Source of the DNA: Candidatus Omnitrophica bacterium UBA6215
GTDB lineage: Bacteria > Omnitrophota > Gorgyraeia > Pluralincolimonadales > Pluralincolimonadaceae
NCBI GenBank assembly: GCA_002421665.1
Contig: DISH01000003.1
Coordinates: 103,291-167,290 of the forward strand
Length of the DNA stretch: 64,000 nucleotides
Direction: 5' to 3'
Below are positions 55,614-64,000 of this stretch, one piece after another; position 1 is the first letter of the stretch; the number at the start of each line of letters is the position of its first letter. Position numbers and translations under genes: made by a program. A model generated the notes under the pieces. It was given only the letters and a program-made list of their open reading frames with translations, was not told where the DNA came from and ran no database searches.

Positions 55614-57014
55614 ATGGACGATAAAATAAATGAGTATTGCGGTCTTTTCGGCGTATACGGCCATAAGGATGCCGCCAGGCTTACGTATCTGGGATTGTAC
55701 GCGCTCCAGCATCGCGGCGAAGAGTCTGCCGGGATAGCCACCTATGACGGTGAAGCGACGCATGCCCATAAAGGCATGGGGTTGGTTGCCGATGTCTTCA
55801 ACGAAGAGAAGCTCGAGAGCCTCAAAGGCCATGCTGCGATAGGCCATGTGAGGTATTCAACGACGGGCTCAACCACCCTGAAGAATGCCCAGCCTGTAGT
55901 CGTAGATTATTCCCGCGGGATGATAGCAGTGGGGCATAACGGCAACCTCGTCAACGGATCGCGCCTGCGCGATGAGCTCGAAGCGCGCGGCTCTATATTT
56001 CAGACCACGTTGGATTCCGAGATAATAATACATCTCATGGCGCGCCCCGAGCATAAGAATTTCGAGGAAGGGCTTATCTACGCCATCAAGCAGATCAAAG
56101 GCGCGTATTCTCTGGTGATATTAAAGGAAGATATGCTTGTCGGCGTCCGCGATCCGCACGGGTGGAAACCGTTGTGCCTGGGTAAACTCGGAGATGCTTA
56201 TGTGCTTGCCAGCGAGACGACGGCCCTCGACCTCATAGAGGCGGAGTTTGTCCGCGAGATCGAACCGGGGGAGGCCGTTTTCATAACCAGGAAAGGCCTG
56301 CGTTCGGTCATGCCTTTCGGGGAGAGCAAGAAGCTGTCGCATTGCATATTCGAACACATATATTTTGCCAGGCCGGATTCATACATATTCGGGGAATCGG
56401 TCCACCTCGTAAGGCAGAGGCTTGGCCACATGCTTGCCAAAGAGCACCCGGTGGACGCAGATCTCATCATACCCGTCCCGGATTCCGGGACGCCGGCGGC
56501 GCTTGGCCTGTCGCATGAATCCGGTATAGAGCTGGAGATGGGCATTATCCGAAACCATTACGTAGGCAGGACGTTCATCCAGCCGCTGCAGCATATAAGG
56601 GATTTCAGCGTAAAGATAAAGCTAAACCCGATAAGGGCCCTGCTAAAAGACAAGAGGGTCATAGTGGTCGACGATTCTATAGTGCGCGGCACCACTTCGA
56701 GGGCAAGGATAAAGAAACTCTATGATGCGGGAGCCAAGGAAGTCCATATGAGGATATCCTGCCCGCCTATCAGGTTCCCGTGTTTCTACGGTATAGACTT
56801 TCCGACCAAGAAGGAATTGATCGCCTCGACGCACACGGTCGAAGAGATAAGGAAATACCTGGGGGTCACTACGCTTGGCTACCTTTCCGTGGAAGGATTG
56901 CTCAGCTGCGTATCGTGCCCGAAGAACTATTGCACGGCATGCTTTACCGGCGATTATCCGGTGCCGTTCGGCGGCGAAGCGAACAAGTTCGCCACGGAAC
57001 ATAAAGGATATTGA
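55614..57014 (+). CDS. purF: Amidophosphoribosyltransferase
   Basis: ATG at 55614 with RBS AGAGGGG. N-terminal propeptide MDDKINEY then nucleophile CGLFGV. PRPP-binding VVDDSIVRGTT. Confidence 0.85.
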   Translation: MDDKINEYCGLFGVYGHKDAARLTYLGLYALQHRGEESAGIATYDGEATHAHKGMGLVADVFNEEKLESLKGHAAIGHVRYSTTGSTTLKNAQPVVVDYSRGMIAVGHNGNLVNGSRLRDELEARGSIFQTTLDSEIIIHLMARPEHKNFEEGLIYAIKQIKGAYSLVILKEDMLVGVRDPHGWKPLCLGKLGDAYVLASETTALDLIEAEFVREIEPGEAVFITRKGLRSVMPFGESKKLSHCIFEHIYFARPDSYIFGESVHLVRQRLGHMLAKEHPVDADLIIPVPDSGTPAALGLSHESGIELEMGIIRNHYVGRTFIQPLQHIRDFSVKIKLNPIRALLKDKRVIVVDDSIVRGTTSRARIKKLYDAGAKEVHMRISCPPIRFPCFYGIDFPTKKELIASTHTVEEIRKYLGVTTLGYLSVEGLLSCVSCPKNYCTACFTGDYPVPFGGEANKFATEHKGY

Positions 57015-57015
57015 T

Positions 57016-58020
57016 ATGGGGCTTACTTACAAGAAAGCCGGGGTCGATATAGTCGAGGCGGGCCGTTTTGTTGACGCCATAAAGAAATACACCGGGTCCA
57101 CCGCCCGCCGCGGCGCCAACTGCAAACTTGGCGGGTTCGGGGGCGCCTTTGACATCAAGGCCGCGGGGTATAACGACCCGGTGCTTGTCTCGTCTACCGA
57201 CGGCGTAGGAACTAAACTTAAGATAGCGTTCCTGGCGGGCAAACACGATACCGTTGGCATAGACATGGTGGCCATGAACGTAAACGACGTCCTGACTACC
57301 GGCGCCGAGCCGCTCTTTTTCCTGGACTACATAGCTACCGGCAAGATAGACAAAAAAGTGCTGGCTGATGTCGTCAAGGGTATTGCCGCGGGATGCCGCC
57401 AGGCCGGTTGCGCGCTGATAGGCGGAGAGACGGCCGAGATGCCGTCATTTTATAAGACCGGCGAGTATGATCTGGCGGGTTTCTGCGTAGGGGCGGTCGA
57501 GAGGAAAAACGCGGTCGATAACTCGAAGATGAAGACCGGGGACATCGCGGTAGGGCTGGCCTCCAACGGCCTGCATTCGAACGGCTATTCGCTTGTCAGA
57601 AAGGTATTTTCGGAGACTGAACAAAAAAGACTGGCCGGTGAATTATTAAAACCAACGAGAATATACGTTAAGCCGGTCCTTGAGCTTAGAAAAAAGATCA
57701 CAGTAAAAGGTATAGCCCATATGACCGGAGGGGCTTTTTTCGAGAAACTGCCGAGGATAGTTCCCCTCGGAAAGACCATAGTCGTGGAGAAGGGCTCCTG
57801 GGTTGTTCCGGAGATATTCAGGAAGATACAGCTGAAAGGCCGAATAGAAGATATGGAGATGTTCCGCACCTTCAATATGGGCCTCGGCATGATAATAGTG
57901 ATCTCCCCGGAGGATTTCAGAACGGCAAAGAGGATCTTTGACAAATGGGGTATAGACTCGTGGATAATAGGTTCGGTCAATAAAGGAAAATCCAGGGTAA
58001 AGATAATATGCGGGTTTTAG
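57016..58020 (+). CDS. purM: Phosphoribosylformylglycinamidine cyclo-ligase (AIR synthetase)
   Basis: ATG at 57016 (MGLTYKKAGVDI). DGVGTK and GGETAEMP motifs. Confidence 0.85.
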   Translation: MGLTYKKAGVDIVEAGRFVDAIKKYTGSTARRGANCKLGGFGGAFDIKAAGYNDPVLVSSTDGVGTKLKIAFLAGKHDTVGIDMVAMNVNDVLTTGAEPLFFLDYIATGKIDKKVLADVVKGIAAGCRQAGCALIGGETAEMPSFYKTGEYDLAGFCVGAVERKNAVDNSKMKTGDIAVGLASNGLHSNGYSLVRKVFSETEQKRLAGELLKPTRIYVKPVLELRKKITVKGIAHMTGGAFFEKLPRIVPLGKTIVVEKGSWVVPEIFRKIQLKGRIEDMEMFRTFNMGLGMIIVISPEDFRTAKRIFDKWGIDSWIIGSVNKGKSRVKIICGF

Positions 58021-59279
58021 TCGTCGGTTCCGGAGGAAGGGAACATACCCTTGCCTGGAAGATAAAGCAGTCGACCCTCGTCGAAAAGGTCTATTGTGCC
58101 CCCGGCAACGGCGGGATAGCGGGAATAGCCGAATGTGTGGATGTAAAGCCCGATGACATCACCGGTCTCATAGGGTTCGCGACGAGGAACAAGATAGACC
58201 TTACCGTAGTGGGCCCGGAAGCTCCGCTGGCCCAGGGCATAGTCGACAGGTTCTGTATCAACGGCCTGAGGATATTCGGACCGACGAAAGCCGCAGCCAG
58301 GATAGAGGCCAGCAAGGTCTTTATGAAAGACATCATGCGCAGGTATGATATCCCGACCGCGGGATTCGAGGTCTTCGAGGACAGCACGGCAGCGAAGACC
58401 TATATAAAGGGCTTAAAAGGGAATTTTGTAGTTAAGGCGGACGGCCTTGCGGCGGGCAAAGGAGTGGTCGTTTGTTCGTCGAGGGAAGAAGGCCTAATGG
58501 CCGTAGAGTCCATGATGGAGAAACGCGCTTTCAGGGATGCCGGCAGCAAGGTAATAATAGAGGAGTGCCTCGAGGGTGAAGAGGCTTCCATACTCGTCGT
58601 TACCGACGGGAAAGATTGCGTGCCGCTGGCTTCCGCGCAGGACCATAAAAGGGTTTTTGACGGGGATAACGGCCCGAATACCGGAGGCATGGGAGCGTAT
58701 TCGCCTGCGCCTGTGGTTACCGGTCCCATGATGGATACGATAATGGAGAAGATAATAAAGCCTACGGTGTCGGCAATGGATAGGGAAGGCTCCCGTTATG
58801 CCGGGGTCCTTTACGCGGGCGTCATGGTGACCGCAGAAGGCCCGAAAGTCCTCGAGTTCAATTGCAGGTTCGGAGACCCCGAGACGCAGGCGATACTGCC
58901 TAGGCTCAAGAGCGACATAATCGAATTGATGGAAGCCTCGATAGACGATGAGATAGACATGGTTTCCCTGGATTGGGATGAACGCCCGTGCGTTTCTGTG
59001 GTGATATCCTCTGGCGGATATCCGGGGGAGTATGAGACAGGCTACGAGATAGACGGCTTGGATGCCCTGGATAACGCAAAGGACATATGCGTCTTCCACG
59101 CCGGGACAAGGTTAGTCGACGGCAAGATAATCACCTCGGGAGGCAGGGTCCTTAACGTGACCGCTCTGGGCTCCGATATCAAGGATGCCATAGATAGGTG
59201 TTATAACGCCGTAAACTTGATAGAATTCGAAGGTATGTATTTCAGAAGGGACATAGGCCACAGGGCCTTGAACAGGTGA
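58008..59279 (+). CDS. purD: Phosphoribosylamine--glycine ligase
   Basis: 423 aa. MRVLVVGSGGREH N-terminus. ATP-grasp. Confidence 0.9.
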   Translation: MRVLVVGSGGREHTLAWKIKQSTLVEKVYCAPGNGGIAGIAECVDVKPDDITGLIGFATRNKIDLTVVGPEAPLAQGIVDRFCINGLRIFGPTKAAARIEASKVFMKDIMRRYDIPTAGFEVFEDSTAAKTYIKGLKGNFVVKADGLAAGKGVVVCSSREEGLMAVESMMEKRAFRDAGSKVIIEECLEGEEASILVVTDGKDCVPLASAQDHKRVFDGDNGPNTGGMGAYSPAPVVTGPMMDTIMEKIIKPTVSAMDREGSRYAGVLYAGVMVTAEGPKVLEFNCRFGDPETQAILPRLKSDIIELMEASIDDEIDMVSLDWDERPCVSVVISSGGYPGEYETGYEIDGLDALDNAKDICVFHAGTRLVDGKIITSGGRVLNVTALGSDIKDAIDRCYNAVNLIEFEGMYFRRDIGHRALNR

Positions 59280-59298
59280 AGACCGGAGGGACCCTAAG

Positions 59299-59796
59299 AT
59301 GTCGAATACAAAGATAGCCGTGGTTTTGGGATCCGATTCAGACCTCCCCGTTATGGAGGAGGGGCTGAAAGTGTTGAAGGATTTCAACGTATCGTTCGGC
59401 CTGAAGATAATGTCGGCGCACAGAAGCCCGGCGCTGGTGCATGATTTTGCCAGGAACGCGGAGAAAGAAGGCATAAAGGTCATAATAGCCGCAGCCGGCG
59501 GAGCCGCACACCTGGCGGGCGTGATAGCTTCGATGACGCGCCTTCCCGTAATAGGCGTGCCAATGGAAACAAGCAGCCTTAACGGAATGGATTCCCTTTT
59601 CTCTACGGTGCAGATGCCTTACGGTGTCCCGGTAGCCACGATGGCCATAGGTAAATCCGGGGCCCGGAACGCTTCTATATTCGCACTGCAGATACTTGCC
59701 CTCGGCGATAAGAAGATAGCCGTGGAACTCAGCGCTTTTAAGAAAAGGCTCGAGGCCGACGTAATAGCAAAGAACAAGAGACTAAGGGATAGATGA
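59299..59796 (+). CDS. purE: N5-carboxyaminoimidazole ribonucleotide mutase
   Basis: 165 aa. VVLGSDSDLPVM ... SAHRSP ... AAGGAAHL. Confidence 0.85.
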   Translation: MSNTKIAVVLGSDSDLPVMEEGLKVLKDFNVSFGLKIMSAHRSPALVHDFARNAEKEGIKVIIAAAGGAAHLAGVIASMTRLPVIGVPMETSSLNGMDSLFSTVQMPYGVPVATMAIGKSGARNASIFALQILALGDKKIAVELSAFKKRLEADVIAKNKRLRDR

Positions 59797-60401
59797 CAAT
59801 AGTTACGCGCGTCAACGCCTCACGGCCGGATGCGGCCAAGATAGATGACGCGGCTTTGATATTGAAGAACGGCGGACTGGTGGCTTTCCCTACGGAGACT
59901 GTCTACGGTCTTGGGGCTAACCTCCTGGATAAGAATGCGGTCAGGAGGCTGTATAAGATAAAGGCCCGTCCGCTTAATAAGCCTTTGACCGTGCATATAT
60001 CGGATGTCAAGACGGTCAGGGAGATGGCGGGCAGGATACCGGCGAAGGCCGCCAGGCTGATGAAAAAATATTGGCCCGGGCCGCTAACGCTGGTATTAAA
60101 GGATAAACGCGGCGGGAAGACCGGCTTCAGGATGCCCGACAATAAAATAGCCTTGATGCTAATAAAGGCTACGGGCGTGCCGGTAGTGGCTCCGAGCGCG
60201 AATATCTCCGGGAATAAGCCTCCGGCGAGCGCAAAAGAGGTCCTGTGCGACCTGGATGGCAGGATAGATGTGTTGATAGACGGGGGAAAGACAAGTATAG
60301 GCAAGGAATCTACGGTCGTTGATGTTTCGGGCCGGAAACCCGTAGTGCTCAGGGAAGGGGCCGTCCCGGGCCGAAAGATAATAGAGGTGGCCAATGGTTA
60401 A
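59793..60401 (+). CDS. tsaC: L-threonylcarbamoyladenylate synthase (YrdC/Sua5 family)
   Basis: 202 aa. GGLVAFPTETVYGLGAN motif. Confidence 0.8.
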   Translation: MTIVTRVNASRPDAAKIDDAALILKNGGLVAFPTETVYGLGANLLDKNAVRRLYKIKARPLNKPLTVHISDVKTVREMAGRIPAKAARLMKKYWPGPLTLVLKDKRGGKTGFRMPDNKIALMLIKATGVPVVAPSANISGNKPPASAKEVLCDLDGRIDVLIDGGKTSIGKESTVVDVSGRKPVVLREGAVPGRKIIEVANG

Positions 60402-60867
60402 ATCCGTTCTTTTGGTGTGCACGGGAAATTCATGCCGCAGCGTCATGGCTGAAGGCCTGTTGCGCAAGTGGATCAAAGACAGGAATTGCAGTAATATTAA
60501 GGTCTCTTCTGCGGGTATAGCCACTATACCGGGAATGATGGCAAGCTCTAATGCGGTAGAAGTCATGAAGAGGGAGCATATAGATGTTTCAGGGCACCGG
60601 GCGCAGGTGGTCTCGGGCCAACTTATAAAGGATTTTGACCTCATACTTTGCATGGAGCCTATCCATGTCCAGGCGATAAAAGAACTGCTTCCCGAAGCTG
60701 CCTTCAAGACGTACCTGTTGGTCGAATATGCTTATGAGGGTGAGCAGGAGAAACCCCGTAACTTATGGGTCACCGACCCGATAGGCAAACCCAAGGAAGT
60801 ATACGAATCGGTTTTAATGACACTAAAAGACGCGATAGAAAGGGTGGGCAAAAAGATATGCGTATAG
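60394..60867 (+). CDS. Low-molecular-weight protein-tyrosine phosphatase
   Basis: 157 aa. VLLVCTGNSCRS (CX5R P-loop). Confidence 0.8.
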   Translation: MVKSVLLVCTGNSCRSVMAEGLLRKWIKDRNCSNIKVSSAGIATIPGMMASSNAVEVMKREHIDVSGHRAQVVSGQLIKDFDLILCMEPIHVQAIKELLPEAAFKTYLLVEYAYEGEQEKPRNLWVTDPIGKPKEVYESVLMTLKDAIERVGKKICV

Positions 60868-61301
60868 CGATAGGGGCCGATCACGGGGGTTTTGACCTCA
60901 AGTTAAAGATAATAAAATACCTGAGGTCAAAAGGCCACGAGATTAAGGACCTCGGATGTTATTCCGCCGAATCCTGCGATTATCCCAGGTACGGAGCGGC
61001 CGTTGCTTCTGCCGTAAGCAAAAAGAAGTTCCCGCGGGGTATATTGATATGTAAGAGCGGCATAGGGATGTCAGTGGTCGCGAACAAATATCGCGGGGTA
61101 AGGGCCGCCCTTGTGTTTGATGTGGAGAGTGCGCGCTCTTCCCGGGAACACAATGATGCTAATGTGCTCGTATTGTCGGCCAGAAGCATAAATATATTCA
61201 AGGCGAAGAAGATACTCGACGTTTGGATGTACACAAGACGTCTCGGAGGAAGGCATTTGAGGAGGGTAAAACAGATATCAGACCTGGAGGCTGACAGATG
61301 A
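60858..61301 (+). CDS. rpiB: Ribose-5-phosphate isomerase B (RpiB/LacAB family)
   Basis: ATG at 60858 ([15 protein letters not shown]). [14 protein letters not shown] motif. Confidence 0.8.
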   Translation: MRIAIGADHGGFDLKLKIIKYLRSKGHEIKDLGCYSAESCDYPRYGAAVASAVSKKKFPRGILICKSGIGMSVVANKYRGVRAALVFDVESARSSREHNDANVLVLSARSINIFKAKKILDVWMYTRRLGGRHLRRVKQISDLEADR

Positions 61302-62551
61302 ACGAACTTAAGAAGACCGATCCCGAGATATTTGAGACCATAGTTGACGAGACGCGGCGCGAAGAGGGCAACATAGAACTCATCGCCAGCGAGAACTTCG
61401 TCAGCCGCGCGGTCCTGGAGGCCCAGGGCTCGGTCCTTACCAATAAGTATGCCGAAGGCTATCCCTCGGCACGATGGTACGGCGGATGTGAATATATAGA
61501 TGTCGCTGAGAAGCTTGCCATCGAACGCGCAAAAGAGCTCTTCAAGGCAGAGCACGCGAACGTCCAGCCGCATTGCGGTTCTTCGGCGAACATGGCCGTT
61601 TATTTTGCGGCACTTTCAATGGGAGATACCGTCATGGCGCTTGACCTGGCATGCGGCGGCCACCTGACGCACGGACATAAGGCGAATTTTTCCGGGAAAT
61701 ATTTTAATATAGTACCTTATATGGTAGACCGCAAGACCGAGATGCTCAATTATGACGAGATCGAGAAGACGGCTGTTGAATGCAAACCCAGGATGATACT
61801 GGCCGGCGCGTCGAATTATCCGCGCGCAATAGATTTTAAACGGTTCCGCGGTATATGCGATAAGGTCGGCGCATATCTTATGGTCGATATGGCGCATTTT
61901 GCAGGATTGGTCGCGGCCGGGCTCCATCCGGACCCTGTGCCCTACGCAGAGTTTGTCACTACTACTACACACAAGACACTTCGCGGACCGCGCGGAGGCA
62001 TGATACTCTGTCGTAAGGAATTCGCAAAGAAGATAGACGCGATGGTCTTCCCCGGGATCCAGGGCGGCCCGCTGATGCATGTAATAGCAGCCAAGGCCGT
62101 TGCCTTCAAGGAAGCGCTGAAGCCGGAGTTCAAGGAATACCAGAAGCAGATAGTAGCCAATGCGCGTGAATTAGCTGCGGCTTTCCAGAAAAAAGGATAC
62201 AGGATAGTTTCAGGAGGCACGGATAACCACCTCTTCTCCATAGACCTTAACAATAAGGGGCTTAACGGCAGGGACGCTCAAGAGGCCCTGGACAAGGCGA
62301 GGATAACCGTGAACAAGAACACCATCCCGTATGATCCTAACCCGCCGATGAAACCCAGCGGCATAAGGATAGGGGTCCCTGCGGTTACCACGCGCGGTAT
62401 GAAGGAAAAGGAGATGGAAGAGATAGCGTCGCTTATAGACGAGGTTTTAAGCAACATAAAAGATGAAACAGCGGCAAAACGTGTCGGAGAGAAAGTAGGC
62501 GCCATGGTGAAGAGATTTCCGCTCTATGCCGACTTGCTCAAAGGGGTCTGA
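61298..62551 (+). CDS. glyA: Serine hydroxymethyltransferase
   Basis: 417 aa. LIASENF... and [17 protein letters not shown]-lysine motif. Confidence 0.9.
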   Translation: MNELKKTDPEIFETIVDETRREEGNIELIASENFVSRAVLEAQGSVLTNKYAEGYPSARWYGGCEYIDVAEKLAIERAKELFKAEHANVQPHCGSSANMAVYFAALSMGDTVMALDLACGGHLTHGHKANFSGKYFNIVPYMVDRKTEMLNYDEIEKTAVECKPRMILAGASNYPRAIDFKRFRGICDKVGAYLMVDMAHFAGLVAAGLHPDPVPYAEFVTTTTHKTLRGPRGGMILCRKEFAKKIDAMVFPGIQGGPLMHVIAAKAVAFKEALKPEFKEYQKQIVANARELAAAFQKKGYRIVSGGTDNHLFSIDLNNKGLNGRDAQEALDKARITVNKNTIPYDPNPPMKPSGIRIGVPAVTTRGMKEKEMEEIASLIDEVLSNIKDETAAKRVGEKVGAMVKRFPLYADLLKGV

Positions 62552-62552
62552 T

Positions 62553-63038
62553 ATGGCAAAAAAACCCGCACCCGGAAAAAGACGCCCGGATTGGGATGAG
62601 TATTTCATGGGAATAGCAAAGCTCGTCGCGGAACGATCCACCTGCCTCAGGAGGGCGGTCGGGGCCCTTATCGTCAAGAACAGGAGGATACTTACGACCG
62701 GATACAACGGCACTCCGAGCGGGATATCGCACTGCGAGGACCAGGGTTGCCTGCGTGATAAACTTAAGGTCCCTTCCGGAGAGCGCCATGAACTCTGCAG
62801 GGGCCTGCACGCGGAGCAGAACGCCATAATACAGGCGGCTTTGTACGGAGTCGATATCCACGGCGGCACGCTCTACTGCACCAACCAGCCGTGCTCGATA
62901 TGCGCCAAGATGCTCATAAACGCGGGCATAAAAGAGATAGTAATGGAATCGGGCTATCCCGATGAGATGGCCCGTAAGTTTTTCGAGGAAGCCGGGATAA
63001 CCGTAAGGACCCAGGAGGTAAAGAAGAGGAAGAGATGA
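62553..63038 (+). CDS. Deoxycytidylate (dCMP) deaminase, ComEB-like
   Basis: ATG at 62553 (MAKKPAP). HAEQNAI and PCSICAKM zinc-ligand (CDA fold) motifs. Confidence 0.8.
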   Translation: MAKKPAPGKRRPDWDEYFMGIAKLVAERSTCLRRAVGALIVKNRRILTTGYNGTPSGISHCEDQGCLRDKLKVPSGERHELCRGLHAEQNAIIQAALYGVDIHGGTLYCTNQPCSICAKMLINAGIKEIVMESGYPDEMARKFFEEAGITVRTQEVKKRKR

Positions 63039-63517
63039 AATGTCCTTTCTGCGGGAATATTGAGGATAAGGTCATCGACTCCAGGATATCGGCCGAAGGC
63101 GATACGATACGCCGCCGGCGCGAATGCCTCAAGTGCCAGAAGAGGTTCACTACTTACGAGCGTCTCGAAGAACATTCGCTTATGGTCATAAAGAAGGACG
63201 GGAGGCGCGAGCCGTTCGACAGGAAAAAACTGCTCTCGGGCATAATAAAGGCCTGCGAGAAACGTCCCGTCCCGATGGATAATATAGAGGGTATGGTCGA
63301 CGAGGTCGAGAGGATAATACAGCGCAATTATGAAAAGGAAGTCTCCTCGACCACGATCGGAGAATTCGTGATGAAACAGCTCCATGACCTCGATGAAGTC
63401 GCCTATGTAAGATTCGCCTCGGTCTACCGCCAGTTTAAGGACATCAACCAGTTCATGAAAGAGCTGTCATCACTCCTTAAAGAAGGGCAGAAACCCGAGG
63501 AGAAGAACAGGTTTTGA
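63035..63517 (+). CDS. nrdR: Transcriptional repressor NrdR
   Basis: 160 aa. MKCPFCG...CLKCQKRF zinc ribbon plus ATP-cone. Confidence 0.9.
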   Translation: MKCPFCGNIEDKVIDSRISAEGDTIRRRRECLKCQKRFTTYERLEEHSLMVIKKDGRREPFDRKKLLSGIIKACEKRPVPMDNIEGMVDEVERIIQRNYEKEVSSTTIGEFVMKQLHDLDEVAYVRFASVYRQFKDINQFMKELSSLLKEGQKPEEKNRF

Positions 63518-64000
63518 AGGAAGCTCTTTATTGGGAAGAAGAAGGCGGGGAAGGGCAGGTCCGCTGCAGGCTGTGCCCGCACGAATGCAGGATAGTCAAC
63601 GGCCTTACGGGGATATGCGGCGTCAGGCAGAACCTGGGCGGAAAGCTGTATTCGACGGTATACGGAGAGACGACTTCCGTCGCGCTGGACCCTATAGAGA
63701 AGAAGCCTCTTTATCATTTTCATCCCGGGGAATACATACTTTCGCTCGGGACAAAGGGTTGTAATTTCAAGTGCCCGTTCTGCCAGAACTGGGCCATATC
63801 CCAGGATATAGAAGCGCGTACGGAGGCGATAACCCCGGACTGGGCCGTCGCCAAGGCGAATGAATGCGGATCGTTTGGTATAGCTTATACGTACAACGAG
63901 CCGTTCATATGGTATGAATTTGTGCTCGATACCGCTAAGCTTGCCAGGAGGAAGGGGCTCAAGAACGTCCTTGTTACCAACGGTTACGTGAACCCGGGGC
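63514..64000 (+). CDS. Radical SAM enzyme, AmmeMemoRadiSam-system/PFL-activase-like (3' end beyond window; start uncertain)
   Basis: Frame-1 translation is open to the window end: ...[11 protein letters not shown]...[14 protein letters not shown]...[15 protein letters not shown] (CxxxCxxC). No in-frame ATG lies near the nrdR stop, so a TTG at 63514 or another non-ATG start is likely. Confidence 0.55.
   Translation, partial: MKEALYWEEEGGEGQVRCRLCPHECRIVNGLTGICGVRQNLGGKLYSTVYGETTSVALDPIEKKPLYHFHPGEYILSLGTKGCNFKCPFCQNWAISQDIEARTEAITPDWAVAKANECGSFGIAYTYNEPFIWYEFVLDTAKLARRKGLKNVLVTNGYVNPG

Overview
This is a GC-rich (about 55-60% GC) bacterial chromosomal segment with almost every credible gene on the + strand. 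A core gene block is interrupted by a ~24 kb AT-rich, horizontally acquired island, which is the most interesting part of the window. No rRNA genes or CRISPR arrays were seen.

Nt 1-5100 is core: BamA C-terminus, pgeF, a YfcE-like phosphoesterase, surE, a QueG-like Fe-S protein, and an M48 peptidase. A sigma70-like promoter then drives tRNA-Val(TAC) and tRNA-Asp(GTC), followed by an intrinsic terminator.

Directly after tRNA-Asp lies the island (~5374-29730, about 35-40% GC). It opens with a minus-strand large serine recombinase plus a DUF2924 gene. Its cargo, in order:
- a convergent restriction-modification pair in which the beta-class DNA methyltransferase is fused in frame to a complete LexA repressor (HTH + S24 autopeptidase);
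- a tightly linked patatin phospholipase / ComEC-like MBL hydrolase / Cys-rich unknown cassette;
- a Cas4-like PD-(D/E)XK nuclease with a 4-Cys cluster;
- a phage-type DNA packaging module (ParB-methyltransferase fusion, small terminase, large terminase) with no portal, capsid or tail genes nearby, plus an XRE repressor;
- a run of candidate defence or effector genes: an overlapping PD-(D/E)XK-like + HEPN-like (Rx4H) pair, a class-3 lipase translationally coupled to a secreted EEP nuclease/phosphatase, a 410-aa PD-(D/E)XK protein, an unknown + HNH pair, an excisionase-like HTH protein, and DUF2971;
- a promoter-to-terminator candidate ncRNA in a 575 bp noncoding gap;
- a lipoprotein with 51 bp tandem repeats;
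- a right boundary marked by 12 bp direct repeats and a GC-rich patch resembling the tRNA-Asp T-arm.

Core genes resume at ~29740: a SemiSWEET transporter, a DUF1025 zincin, a ClC channel, two secreted ankyrin-repeat proteins, a YhcH family protein, a chagasin-family inhibitor, a PfkB kinase, arfB, thioredoxins, trxB, tRNA-Phe, tRNA-Thr, tRNA-Met(CAT), an MFS transporter, purN, a phosphohexomutase, eno and ftsB. A long purine operon follows (purB-purC-purS/S/L fusion-purQ-purF-purM-purD-purE), then tsaC, an LMW-PTP, rpiB, glyA, dCMP deaminase, nrdR and a 3'-partial radical SAM gene.
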